Below, piece after piece: positions 1 to 9,758 of a stretch of DNA of 32,000 nt. The stretch covers positions 3,120,001 to 3,152,000 of the forward strand of contig NZ_CP036280.1 of the NCBI RefSeq assembly GCF_007748075.1. The letters are read 5' to 3'. The position numbers and the translations under genes were made by a program. Source of the DNA: Mucisphaera calidilacus (GTDB taxonomy: Bacteria > Planctomycetota > Phycisphaerae > Phycisphaerales > Phycisphaeraceae). The notes under the pieces are model-generated. The model had not been told where the DNA came from, did no database searches, and saw nothing but the letters and a program-made list of their open reading frames with translations. Each line of letters begins with the position of its first letter. Positions within the stretch are counted from its first letter, which is position 1.

Positions 1-1965
<1,965 letters not shown>

Positions 1966-2124
1966 ACCCCTAACAGAATACCGTTTATAGCCGAATATTA
2001 TTCTGGCGGAGAACTCGTTCGGGCCTATACTTCTGATGCCTTCTGCGCTATTGAGTCGATGTTGAACTTGCAAGGACAGCAGCGTGCGCACAGGATGTGC
2101 CGACTTCAGGAGAGGTAGGCAGGC

Positions 2125-2589
2125 ATGATGGTGCGTGGAACACAACAGTCCGGAGTCAAGGTTGCTCACCTTAGAGAGGGAGAAACGGAGTTTCTCACGC
2201 TGCATCGTGAGAACGAGGACCGGATACCGATCGAGGTTACGCCCCAACTCATTGAGCATCTGAGCCAGTTGTCATCGGTCTTCAAGATCACCACGGAGAT
2301 CGAGTCTGTCCTTTCTGAGGCTGTCGATCGCCTTGCCCGTGATTTTTCTGATCGAATCGAACTCATTTCCAAGCATCCCCGAATCAACGATGGCGAAATC
2401 GTCATTGCGGTGAAGCCACGCGGCGGGGTCTTCGACACCAGATTGTCCCTCGACCTGAACCACCTGTCGTGGGACTTCGAGGAGATGCTCACGGACACTC
2501 TTGGACCCGATCATGGAATCATGATAGGATTCAGACAGGAGTTTCCGGATGAATACGATTCAGAAGCATCTGCAGCGGTGGGAGCATAA
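2125..2589 (+). CDS. hypothetical acidic protein, upstream partner of the HEPN-like gene
   Basis: 154-aa ORF in a ~50% GC islet, with AGGAG at 2108-2112 upstream. Its 3' end overlaps the next gene by 41 nt. I recognise no family motif. Confidence 0.5.
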   Translation: MMVRGTQQSGVKVAHLREGETEFLTLHRENEDRIPIEVTPQLIEHLSQLSSVFKITTEIESVLSEAVDRLARDFSDRIELISKHPRINDGEIVIAVKPRGGVFDTRLSLDLNHLSWDFEEMLTDTLGPDHGIMIGFRQEFPDEYDSEASAAVGA

Positions 2590-2986
2590 CCGTAGTTTCA
2601 TCGGACGTGTCGATCCTGCCTATCCGGAATGGGCTGTCACGGTTGCTTTTTATGCGATGCTCCACCTTGTACAAGCGTACCTGATGCGCGAAGGGTACTG
2701 CCCCGATAAACATAAAATCCGCAGTGACGCGCTAAAGCGCATAGCTAAAGACAAACGCGGGAAAGATCGTGATCGCATTCGTACGCTGATTGATTATTAC
2801 AAGACACTTCGTGAGGCCTCAAACCACGCTCGTTACGATCCCGAACTGACGCGTTTTGGATCCGCGGAAGCCGTCAATGATGAGATCATGTCGGGGCTTG
2901 TGGTGAAGATCGAGGACATGGTCAGAAATCTGATGGGCGGCAATTCGGCTGTACCAAAGTTGGGTCAGATCGAACTCCGACAGTAA
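2549..2986 (+). CDS. HEPN-like helical protein (Rx4H motif)
   Basis: 145-aa all-helical-looking ORF with AGGAG at 2537-2541, 7 nt before the ATG. It contains LREASNHARYD, i.e. R88-x4-H93 followed by RY, matching the HEPN Rx4-6H signature near the C-terminal helix. Confidence 0.6.
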   Translation: MNTIQKHLQRWEHNRSFIGRVDPAYPEWAVTVAFYAMLHLVQAYLMREGYCPDKHKIRSDALKRIAKDKRGKDRDRIRTLIDYYKTLREASNHARYDPELTRFGSAEAVNDEIMSGLVVKIEDMVRNLMGGNSAVPKLGQIELRQ

Positions 2987-3009
2987 GCACAGGTACGATC
3001 CGTGGCCCC

Positions 3010-4806
3010 TCAGATCTCATAAGCCCAGACCTTCGCCCGCCCGGCCTCAACATCACCCCGGCCCGCGGTCAGCAGGCTGGCCCGCCGGATCGCACGCTTG
3101 GCGCTCGCGAAGATGCCGTCGCCGGCCTCGAAGATATTGTCCTGCCCGATGCGCTGGGCCAGACCATAGCTCTGGAACAGCTTCATCATCTCCGGCCGTA
3201 CGCCACAGAGCACGACGTGCCCGCCTCGCTCCCGGACGCGCTCCACGTAGCGCTCGAAGACGGCGAGAACCGTCGAGTCCATGCTGCGCGTGCGCTTGAG
3301 CCGAAACACGATCGCGCCGGGCTGGTTCTTCTCGATGCCGGTGAGTCGGTCGTGCAACTCGTCGGCGTGCCCGAAGAACAAGTCGCCTTCGACCTGGAGA
3401 AAAATGACGTGCTGGTCCGTGGTGTGCTCGCGCAGAGGACGCTCGATGAAGTGCCCCGTCGCCGCGTCCGGAGTGACCATCTCGTTGATGTGCAGCTGGC
3501 TGGTTCGCCGTACATACAAAGCGAGATTGAGGAAGACGCCGATGAGCACGGCATACGAGAGCGGGAGCAGGAGCGTAAAAAGAAGCGTGCCAAGACAGAC
3601 CGCCGCGTCGGCACGACTGCTGCGGCAGAGCTTGAGGATGGTTCGCCAGTCAATCAGGCCGTAAACGATCACAAAGAGGATGGCGGCAAGACAGGACAGG
3701 GGGATGTAACGCGCGTAATCCGCACCGATGAGAAGGATGATGAGAACAAACAGCGCATTAAAAAGACTGGAGATGGCCGTCTTGGCCCCGGCGTACTGGT
3801 TGAGGGCGGAACGCGAAAAACTGCCCGAGCCCGGAATGCACTGGAGGAAGCCGGTGACAAGGTTGGTCAGCCCCTGACCAAAAAGCTCCTGATTCGCACG
3901 AACCTGGTCGCCTGACTTCTCGGCGAGTGACTTGCCGATCGAATAAGCCTCCATAAGGCCCAGCAGAGACAACGCGAGCGCCCCGCCCAGAAGCACCTGC
4001 GTGTGCTGAAGCCCCTCCCAGGGGATGACGAACCGGAACTGGTCAAGTCCCGCAGGAATCGGCGCAACGAGCCGGACCTGCTCGTGGGTGTACCCAAGCA
4101 ACGCGACGGCAGAGGCGGTCGCAACAATCGCGAGCAGCGGACCGGGCACAAAACGAGAGATCATGCGCGCGCCAAGGACGATGCCGAGCGCAAGAAGCCC
4201 GAGCACAACGGACCCGGTGCTGACATCCGTGATGTTGGGCAGCAGCCGCTGGAAGACGCCCACGATCCCGGGCCAGTCAGCACTGGACCGCGCCGAGGCC
4301 GCCACGCCCAGAAAGTTCCCGATCTGCCCCGCAGCGATCAGGATCGCAGCCCCCGCAGTGAATCCCACGACGACAGCGGAACTGACGTAACGAGCAAGAG
4401 CACCCAGACTCAGCGTCGCCATGAGCAGCTGACAGCACCCCTTGAGAATCGTGAGCGCGAAGACGAGCTGAAGATAGAGGGCCGGGATCTGCTCAGCGGG
4501 AACGTCCCCCAACTGACGCATGGCGAGGGTCACGGTCGAAGCGACGAGGAGAGACTGCGTGTTGATGGGCCCGACCGAGAGATGCTTCTGGGAAGCAAAC
4601 AAACCACCCAGCGCCGCCTGGAAAATGACCGTGTACAGACCGTACTGCAGCGGCACGCCGGCGATCGCCGCGTACGCCATCGACTGCGGCACCGCGACCA
4701 CAGCAACCGTAAGCCCGGCGAGAGCATCGGCGCGGAGCGTGCCCGGATTCGTGTCGCGGAAGGCCTGCGTCGCGGGCGCGAGGAGTTTGAGGAGTTGGCT
4801 GGTCAC
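3010..4806 (-). CDS. SulP-family anion (sulfate/bicarbonate) transporter with C-terminal STAS domain
   Basis: 598 aa. The N-terminus LRADALAGLTVAVVAVPQSMAYAAIAGVP is the SulP signature region, followed by many TM helices. A C-terminal STAS-like segment is present (VIFLQVEGDLFFGHADEL...RLKRTRSMDSTVLAVFE). GTG start at 4806. Confidence 0.9.
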   Translation of the reverse strand: MTSQLLKLLAPATQAFRDTNPGTLRADALAGLTVAVVAVPQSMAYAAIAGVPLQYGLYTVIFQAALGGLFASQKHLSVGPINTQSLLVASTVTLAMRQLGDVPAEQIPALYLQLVFALTILKGCCQLLMATLSLGALARYVSSAVVVGFTAGAAILIAAGQIGNFLGVAASARSSADWPGIVGVFQRLLPNITDVSTGSVVLGLLALGIVLGARMISRFVPGPLLAIVATASAVALLGYTHEQVRLVAPIPAGLDQFRFVIPWEGLQHTQVLLGGALALSLLGLMEAYSIGKSLAEKSGDQVRANQELFGQGLTNLVTGFLQCIPGSGSFSRSALNQYAGAKTAISSLFNALFVLIILLIGADYARYIPLSCLAAILFVIVYGLIDWRTILKLCRSSRADAAVCLGTLLFTLLLPLSYAVLIGVFLNLALYVRRTSQLHINEMVTPDAATGHFIERPLREHTTDQHVIFLQVEGDLFFGHADELHDRLTGIEKNQPGAIVFRLKRTRSMDSTVLAVFERYVERVRERGGHVVLCGVRPEMMKLFQSYGLAQRIGQDNIFEAGDGIFASAKRAIRRASLLTAGRGDVEAGRAKVWAYEI

Positions 4807-4890
4807 GTTGACCCGATGTTAACGAGTCGCGGGCACCTGTTCAGAGGGCAAGGTGTTGTGGTCAACCAAGCCCGCGACAGGCTCAGTCCC

Positions 4891-4976
4891 CCCAACGAGC
4901 CCGGGACGGGCGTCCCGGGTCGTGCACGTCTCAACCTCCCCACCCCGCCCTGCCCGCGATGATGCAAACCCGTGCC
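4891..4976. repeat. ~86-bp intergenic repeat, copy A, with internal palindrome CCCGGGAC-GGGC-GTCCCGGG (4900-4919)
   Basis: It aligns by eye at ~90% identity to the reverse complement of 10723..10807. The flanks are near-identical (cccaacgag.ccgggacgggcgtcccgggtc.tgcacgtctcaacc ... tgcccgcgatgatgcaaacccgtgcc) around a variable C-rich centre. Confidence 0.8.
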
Positions 4977-5069
4977 CCCTCCTCTGCACCCCGAACCTAC
5001 CCCGGATCCCCCGCCGCCAAATAGTTGCTCCCACAGACCCACGAACACCATGCCTCTGAAGCACGAGAC

Positions 5070-6824
5070 CTAGCGCTGACGCATACGCGACGACAACCAC
5101 AATACACCCAGCACCGCGGCCACCGATGGCGCTGGCACCGACGCAGGTTGATCGAAATTCTGCGCGAGCAAACTCAGATCCAATAAGTCAACCACGCCGT
5201 CGCCGTTGAAATCACCCTGCTCCCACATCCCTGAGCCTCCAAATGATCCGGCAAGCTCGCTGAGATCAACCAGATCAACCTGAAAGTCAAGATTCGAGTC
5301 TCCGGCACGAACGCCTAAATATTCGGTAAGCCATACAAGACGATCTAGCACGTCAAGCATCTGGTCGCCGTTGAGATCGACAGCTGGTTCTCCCTCTGCA
5401 ATCAAGTAGTCAAGCAGTGGCAGATCATCACCATCAATCACACCACTAAAGTCAGCATCCCCAGGTATCTCAAATTCAAAACGCCACGATTCGCCCAGGA
5501 TACCCGCACTCATTGCCGAAGCGACGAGCCGCGCACCCTCTGCCGTGTAATGAACGCCATCGTTCGAGTAGACATCGAAGTATGGCGAATCAACCGACCA
5601 GTAAGCCTCTGCAAGCGTCCGACGCAGATTAACGGACATGACATTCGACATCGATCGCGCAATCTCATAGTGCACGCCCGCGTGCTGATCGTAGTAAGCC
5701 CTCTCCTCAGCAGATAACTCAATACGATCAGGGTCGGTGATGAGAATCACCGGATAATCCGAATCCCCCTGCCACGACCTCAAGCGATCGATCATCTGTT
5801 CCAGATTGACTCGATACTGATCAGTTTCAACACCGAATCCACCATCATTCGCACTCAACGTGATCACAGCCGCATCAAAACCCAAGGCCGCATACATAGC
5901 GCCCGCCTCATCATGCCTGGAGAGAAACGTCCCCGTTGCGTAACCGCCAACCGAAAGGTCCGACACGACAACACCTTCCGGGCGATGCATGTTCACATAA
6001 CGCATGCCGACAATGTCAGTCAGGCGATCATCATCCGTACCATACAACTCCACCGCCATGTAAGTCTTGTCGTCGAAATCGAGTGGCTCGGTCATGGCAG
6101 ACCGTACCGCGTATGTTTCCGTCGCAAGTCCCATCTCGAGTTCGCCCGATGTGGTCACCGGCGCGAAGTAACTCATAGACCCATCCACCGGCCGAGCCGC
6201 ATACGCCAAACCGCCCGAGTCCGGGTGTGTCCCCGCGAACACCTCCGCACGAATCTCTCCCGAGACGTCAAACATCATGACATCATCAGGAAGCTTGACG
6301 CCAGAAGAGACAAACTCGCCACTCGGTAATAAGCCAGTCAACTGGCCATAGGCTTGACCGTTGATGTTGCTGAAATAACGCTTGGTTGAATGGGCACGCA
6401 CATTCATACCCGGCAAGACCTGATGAGACGAAAGCCGACCCTGCGACGGAGTCGGTGACGCAGCCCCATTGCGCAACAGCATCTCAGCAGCAACGCTCCC
6501 ACCACCGCCATAACTCGAATAAGAAGCCACCTGAGTCTCGGGAATGTTCCCATACCGCTGGTAGAACTCATACCCGAGTCTCGGAATCACCACCGCACCC
6601 GCGCCGCCAGGCGAGGTCTCCTGCGAATCACCAATCACAGATAAACGAACCGTATCCATGTAGGCCGAGGCAAACAACGCATCAAAGACCTCTGGATTCT
6701 GCGTGAAGCGGTAAGGCACCTCGGCATAAGTCGGGTACGCAGCGGCATGACGACCCAATACACACGAGAAGACCAAACAACCCGACATGATCAGGAGTCT
6801 CGAGTCAATCATGATCTTTCTCAC
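5070..6824 (-). CDS. secreted SGNH/GDSL-type hydrolase with large insertion, dockerin-like repeats and PEP-CTERM-like anchor
   Basis: Signal-peptide-like N-terminus. SGNH blocks are VIGDSQ (Ser67), SVGGY, SANDGG and NDGVHYT. C-terminal Ca-binding dockerin-like repeats are present (DLNGDQMLDVLD, GDFNGDGVVDLLDL), followed by VPAPSVAAVLGVLWLSSRMRQR (PEP-CTERM-like). GC is ~45-52%, lower than the flanks. The start could be GTG 6824 or ATG 6812. Confidence 0.8.
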   Translation of the reverse strand: MRKIMIDSRLLIMSGCLVFSCVLGRHAAAYPTYAEVPYRFTQNPEVFDALFASAYMDTVRLSVIGDSQETSPGGAGAVVIPRLGYEFYQRYGNIPETQVASYSSYGGGGSVAAEMLLRNGAASPTPSQGRLSSHQVLPGMNVRAHSTKRYFSNINGQAYGQLTGLLPSGEFVSSGVKLPDDVMMFDVSGEIRAEVFAGTHPDSGGLAYAARPVDGSMSYFAPVTTSGELEMGLATETYAVRSAMTEPLDFDDKTYMAVELYGTDDDRLTDIVGMRYVNMHRPEGVVVSDLSVGGYATGTFLSRHDEAGAMYAALGFDAAVITLSANDGGFGVETDQYRVNLEQMIDRLRSWQGDSDYPVILITDPDRIELSAEERAYYDQHAGVHYEIARSMSNVMSVNLRRTLAEAYWSVDSPYFDVYSNDGVHYTAEGARLVASAMSAGILGESWRFEFEIPGDADFSGVIDGDDLPLLDYLIAEGEPAVDLNGDQMLDVLDRLVWLTEYLGVRAGDSNLDFQVDLVDLSELAGSFGGSGMWEQGDFNGDGVVDLLDLSLLAQNFDQPASVPAPSVAAVLGVLWLSSRMRQR

Positions 6825-7048
6825 CCGAATGATGTAACGATGGCTGCCTTATTGACGCTGCTGTAAGAGTATCAGCTTGCACTCGACCCGCCAGTCGAAT
6901 GACGGAAACCTCACAGACTTCTGCTTAGCCATCAATGCCATGACCCCGACCGTTGTTTCAAGCCTTCTAACCGCCGCCGTAACTTACCCAATTTGCCAGC
7001 TGACAGAAGTCAACCCCCTACCCCACCTCCTGACCTCAGTCTGCCCCC

Positions 7049-7651
7049 TCACAACGCCCCCAGCAGACGCTCCTCCAGACCCACGTCACGACCGGCAGGC
7101 GACCAGAACACCCGACTCGACCGAGGATCACCCGTCATCGTGATGCCGCCTGTCGGCACACCATTGCGAACCCCCGTGTCGTAATAAACCTTCCGACCGA
7201 AGTTCCCGCCCAGCCGACGATCCGTGTGACGCAGCCGCTCGTGCTCCACCGTCATAATCACCGACACCCCCCCTTCCACCACCTCCACCCGCGCCGTCGC
7301 GATCCGACGCATCGCCGTCATCGTCGCCACCGCCGACTCCGACCCGCTCGCCGAAGGACCCGCCCAGAACTCACCCGCCACGGGCACCGGCGCCGGCAGC
7401 GTCCGCAACGAGCCAAACCGCTGATTCACACGCTCGATCACAAAACCCTCGTCCTCCAGCAACAGCTCCACACGACGCAGAACCTCCAGACGCGAACCGT
7501 CCGAAACCACCCGCGACGTCAACGGCCGATCCTCACCCGCCGGCACCACCTGCGCATCCGCCGCCACCTCGTTCGCCTCAGGCGTCGACGTGCAACCCCA
7601 CACACAACAAGCCGCGAACACCATCAGACCCGCCAGCGCGCATCGCATCAT
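7049..7651 (-). CDS. probable lipoprotein, unknown function
   Basis: Internal start MMRCALAGLMVFAACCVWGCTST (signal peptide plus Cys lipobox), with GGAGG (rc of 7655-7659) just upstream. The 55 codons upstream in ORF 7049..7816 lack coding character. Confidence 0.6.
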   Translation of the reverse strand: MMRCALAGLMVFAACCVWGCTSTPEANEVAADAQVVPAGEDRPLTSRVVSDGSRLEVLRRVELLLEDEGFVIERVNQRFGSLRTLPAPVPVAGEFWAGPSASGSESAVATMTAMRRIATARVEVVEGGVSVIMTVEHERLRHTDRRLGGNFGRKVYYDTGVRNGVPTGGITMTGDPRSSRVFWSPAGRDVGLEERLLGAL

Positions 7652-7997
7652 CAACCTCCGGAATCCACAATGAACGCACAAAAATCCATGCCGACAGACT
7701 ACACGATCCGAAAAAAACGCGTCCATGCGCTCCTTCCGAATCCGTCGTATAAGATCAACGAAGGTGCCATCCACACAGGCAGCGTTCGGCGAATCGATCC
7801 AGCAAGCTCCCAGCAAGCCCGATCACTGATGCTGCCGATCACCCACAACTCCGGGTCGTCCCTAACCCGAAACGCGGGCCCAATCTGTCCTGCGCGCTGG
7901 CCGCGAATCCTTTCTGCCTTCGTTGACGTCCCACGGCCCTCCCGGGCCGTTCATTCCAACTTGTCGACCGCCGACCTCCTGCCGACGGCCCCGAAAC

Positions 7998-8486
7998 TCA
8001 GTCCGTGATCCCCAGCGGACCACTCGCGCGAATCACCTGGTCCGGCTCCACAAACACCCGACCAATATCCAGGCCAGCCTGACGCTGACCCCAACGCTCG
8101 AGCGGCATCAACTTCATGTGCGCTCCGTTTCCCACGACGGCCACGTCGCGTCCCAACGCAACCAGCTCCACGAGTCGGTCCGGCAATCGGATCCTTCCCT
8201 GCCGATCCGATTCCACGCGGAAGCTGTGCGAGAAGAAGGCTTCCTTATAGACGACGAGCTGGTCGACCGGCATCCCGGACGAATCAATCTGCCGGGCGTA
8301 CTCGTCGAACGACCGCTCCGGGAAAACGCGAAGCGTCCCCGGCTCGTGCGACGGGTTGACATAGAACGCGAGCGGGTCGCCTTCCGCCGCTCCCATCTCC
8401 CGCTGAATCGCGGTGCGGAAACTGGAAGGAATGGCGATCCGGTTCTTCGTGTCAACCGAGTGCTCATAGTTGCCAGTCAGAAACAA
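7998..8486 (-). CDS. mraZ: transcriptional regulator MraZ
   Basis: MFLTGNYEHSVDTKNRIAIPSSFR plus a second DRQGRIRLPDRL repeat gives the duplicated SpoVT/AbrB-like MraZ architecture. TTG start at 8486 with GAGGA 6 nt upstream. Confidence 0.9.
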   Translation of the reverse strand: MFLTGNYEHSVDTKNRIAIPSSFRTAIQREMGAAEGDPLAFYVNPSHEPGTLRVFPERSFDEYARQIDSSGMPVDQLVVYKEAFFSHSFRVESDRQGRIRLPDRLVELVALGRDVAVVGNGAHMKLMPLERWGQRQAGLDIGRVFVEPDQVIRASGPLGITD

Positions 8487-8566
8487 GGTGTGTCCTCAGA
8501 ACCTCGTAAGGATTGGCCTTCCATGGCCATCAAAAGGCTCCGTCCGATATCCATGTCGGCACGGTA

Positions 8567-8630
8567 CCCCACTCTTCCCCACTTTGCAACACTCTTCCCC
8601 ACTTTTCACCACTTTGCCCCACCAAGCCCC
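8567..8630 (-). promoter_or_regulatory. array of six GTGGGG-like hexamers at exact 10-bp spacing (MraZ-box-like operator) upstream of mraZ
   Basis: The top strand reads cccc|actcttcccc|actttgcaac|actcttcccc|acttttcacc|actttgcccc|accaagcccc. On the mraZ strand this gives GTGGGG, GTGGTG, GTGGGG, GTGTTG, GTGGGG, GTGGGG, each 10 bp apart, ending ~80 nt before the mraZ start. Confidence 0.6.
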
Positions 8631-8745
8631 TCAAATGCGGATAAAGCCCCATGCAGCGGCACGGCCCCGTCTCTCCCCCGGCACGATCTCCACAACCCAT
8701 CCACCGCCGGCTTATCGGACCCGCCGGGTCGAAATATGTGCTGAT

Positions 8746-9639
8746 TCAGAAGCGGATGACAAACCTGCAGCCGCTTGGCTCAACCGTCTCGTGCTCCAGG
8801 CTCCCCCCCGCCCGGAGGATCAGCTCCCGGCACAGCGACAAACCTAAACCATGACCGGAAACAGACTTAACCCACGGATTAAACAGCGAGCCCACGATCG
8901 TCGGGTCGATCCCCGGCCCGTCATCCTCAACCACCACCCAGATTCCGGCGTCGTCGACGCCGGCGAGGATGCGGATGAGGGTGCCCTGGCCGCTGCGCTG
9001 CATCGCCTGATGAGCATTGTTCGCAAGGTTCGTCAGCACGCGTTCGAGCGCGCCGGCCTCGATGGGCAGATCGGGACACAACTCTAAGTCACATTCAATA
9101 CTGATGTTAGCATCGCTGCCGGTCAGGTCGAGGGATTCGATCACCGCGTCCGCGACGCGCTGGGCATCGCAAGTTGTTGGTGTGGGGTCACTTGTGGCGG
9201 ACCGCGCGAGGTCGAGGATGGTCTCGGTCAGTCGGCCGACGCGGTCGATGGTCGAGCCGGCGCGGTCGAGGGCGTTGAGGACCAGGTCGGCGTTGCCCGG
9301 GTCGCGCTTGGCGCGTGAGGCGTATATGCCTAGCGGCGTCAACAGATTATTGATCTCGTGAGCGAGGATGGAGGCCAATCCCAAGCCTTCGGGATTGATC
9401 CAGGGCGTGTCGCCCCCCTGCTCCTCATCCAGCGTAAGTTGTTTCATTTCCGTGAGTTGCTGCTCGACGTCCGCGAGATGACCCAGGGCCTGTCGGGCGA
9501 CGCTGGCGTCGGGCCGGTCGCCCAGGGCGGGGAACGCTGCGGTGTCGTTCGGCTCGGCGTTGGTCGGGGGGTCCGGATAACTCACACTCAGGTTATCGGG
9601 GCCTGGCGGCTTGACATGAGGGGTGGGGAACGGAACCAC
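8746..9639 (-). CDS. soluble sensor histidine kinase (HisKA + HATPase_c), start uncertain
   Basis: H-box ILAHEINNLLTPL, N-box NLANNAHQAM, G1 DDGPGID, G2 GHGLGLS. No TM segment. The longest ORF reaches TTG 9747, but 9671-9741 holds the parS sites and the parB promoter. Candidate starts are GTG 9639 or ATG 9447, and neither has a clear SD. Confidence 0.8.
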   Translation of the reverse strand: MVPFPTPHVKPPGPDNLSVSYPDPPTNAEPNDTAAFPALGDRPDASVARQALGHLADVEQQLTEMKQLTLDEEQGGDTPWINPEGLGLASILAHEINNLLTPLGIYASRAKRDPGNADLVLNALDRAGSTIDRVGRLTETILDLARSATSDPTPTTCDAQRVADAVIESLDLTGSDANISIECDLELCPDLPIEAGALERVLTNLANNAHQAMQRSGQGTLIRILAGVDDAGIWVVVEDDGPGIDPTIVGSLFNPWVKSVSGHGLGLSLCRELILRAGGSLEHETVEPSGCRFVIRF

Positions 9640-9670
9640 GCGATCAATCTGGCGCTGGCGTGCCGGCAGG

Positions 9671-9686
9671 TGTTCCACGTGGAACA
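9671..9686. other. parS-like site 1: TGTTCCACGTGGAACA (perfect 16-bp palindrome)
   Basis: Direct read. It matches the canonical parS consensus TGTTNCACGTGAAACA at 15 of 16 positions (the only mismatch is G for A at position 12), and its two half-sites are perfectly symmetric. It lies 12 nt upstream of the -35 of the putative parB promoter. Confidence 0.8.
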
Positions 9687-9697
9687 GGTTGTCTTTC

Positions 9698-9726
9698 TTG
9701 ACAGGGGGGTCGGCGTGCGGTTTGAT
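9698..9726 (+). promoter_or_regulatory. putative sigma70-type parB promoter TTGACA-17 nt-TTTGAT
   Basis: TTGACA at 9698-9703, a 17-nt spacer, TTTGAT at 9721-9726, then AAGGAGG (9746-9752) 6 nt before the parB ATG. Confidence 0.5.
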
Positions 9727-9741
9727 GTTCCACGTGAAACA
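9726..9741. other. parS site 2: TGTTCCACGTGAAACA (full match to consensus TGTTNCACGTGAAACA)
   Basis: Direct read. It starts at the last base of the -10 element, 18 nt before the parB ATG. Confidence 0.85.
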
Positions 9742-9758
9742 GGTCAAGGAGGACCCCC

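Noticed and set aside
1974-2004. The inverted repeat CAGAATA...TATTCTG after atpD as a terminator or island attachment site.
   Set aside because: The stem is short (7 bp), the loop is ~17 nt, there is no T-tract, and no matching direct repeat occurs at the other end of the islet.
2125-2589. The upstream cassette protein as a minimal nucleotidyltransferase (MNT) antitoxin, on the basis of IVIAVKPRGGVFDTRLSLDLN.
   Set aside because: There is no GS-x9-12-DxD motif (only a single Asp, D-L-N), and the segment sits in the C-terminal half rather than near the N-terminus as in MNTs.
7933-7950. The hairpin ACGGCCC-N4-GGGCCGT just downstream of the mraZ stop as a terminator.
   Set aside because: The stem is 7 bp with no following U-tract on the mraZ strand, which is indistinguishable from chance GC-rich palindromes in this genome.
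8567-8630. The 10-bp periodic repeat read as a CRISPR or minisatellite, as an oriC DUE-type repeat, or as a G-quadruplex.
   Set aside because: The units are 10 bp with no spacers, so it is not a CRISPR. The GTGGG core, the 10-bp phasing and the position directly upstream of mraZ fit MraZ boxes best. A role in origin unwinding cannot be excluded but has no positive support.
8636-8696. DnaA-box-like sequences TGCGGATAA (8636-8644, 8/9) and ATCTCCACA (8688-8696, 7/9) in the mraZ-kinase spacer.
   Set aside because: These are single imperfect matches without clustering or an adjacent AT-rich DUE, which is insufficient to call oriC. I note them only in connection with the skew switch.
4003-8744. 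Long plus-strand ORFs in the left-hand part of the window: 4003..4962 (319 aa), 7226..8008 (260 aa, His/Arg/Pro-rich) and 7923..8744 (273 aa).
   Set aside because: This is the mirror image of the same artefact, since the top strand is C+A-rich on this side. They overlap sulP, the lipoprotein gene, mraZ and its operator region, and show no domain signatures.
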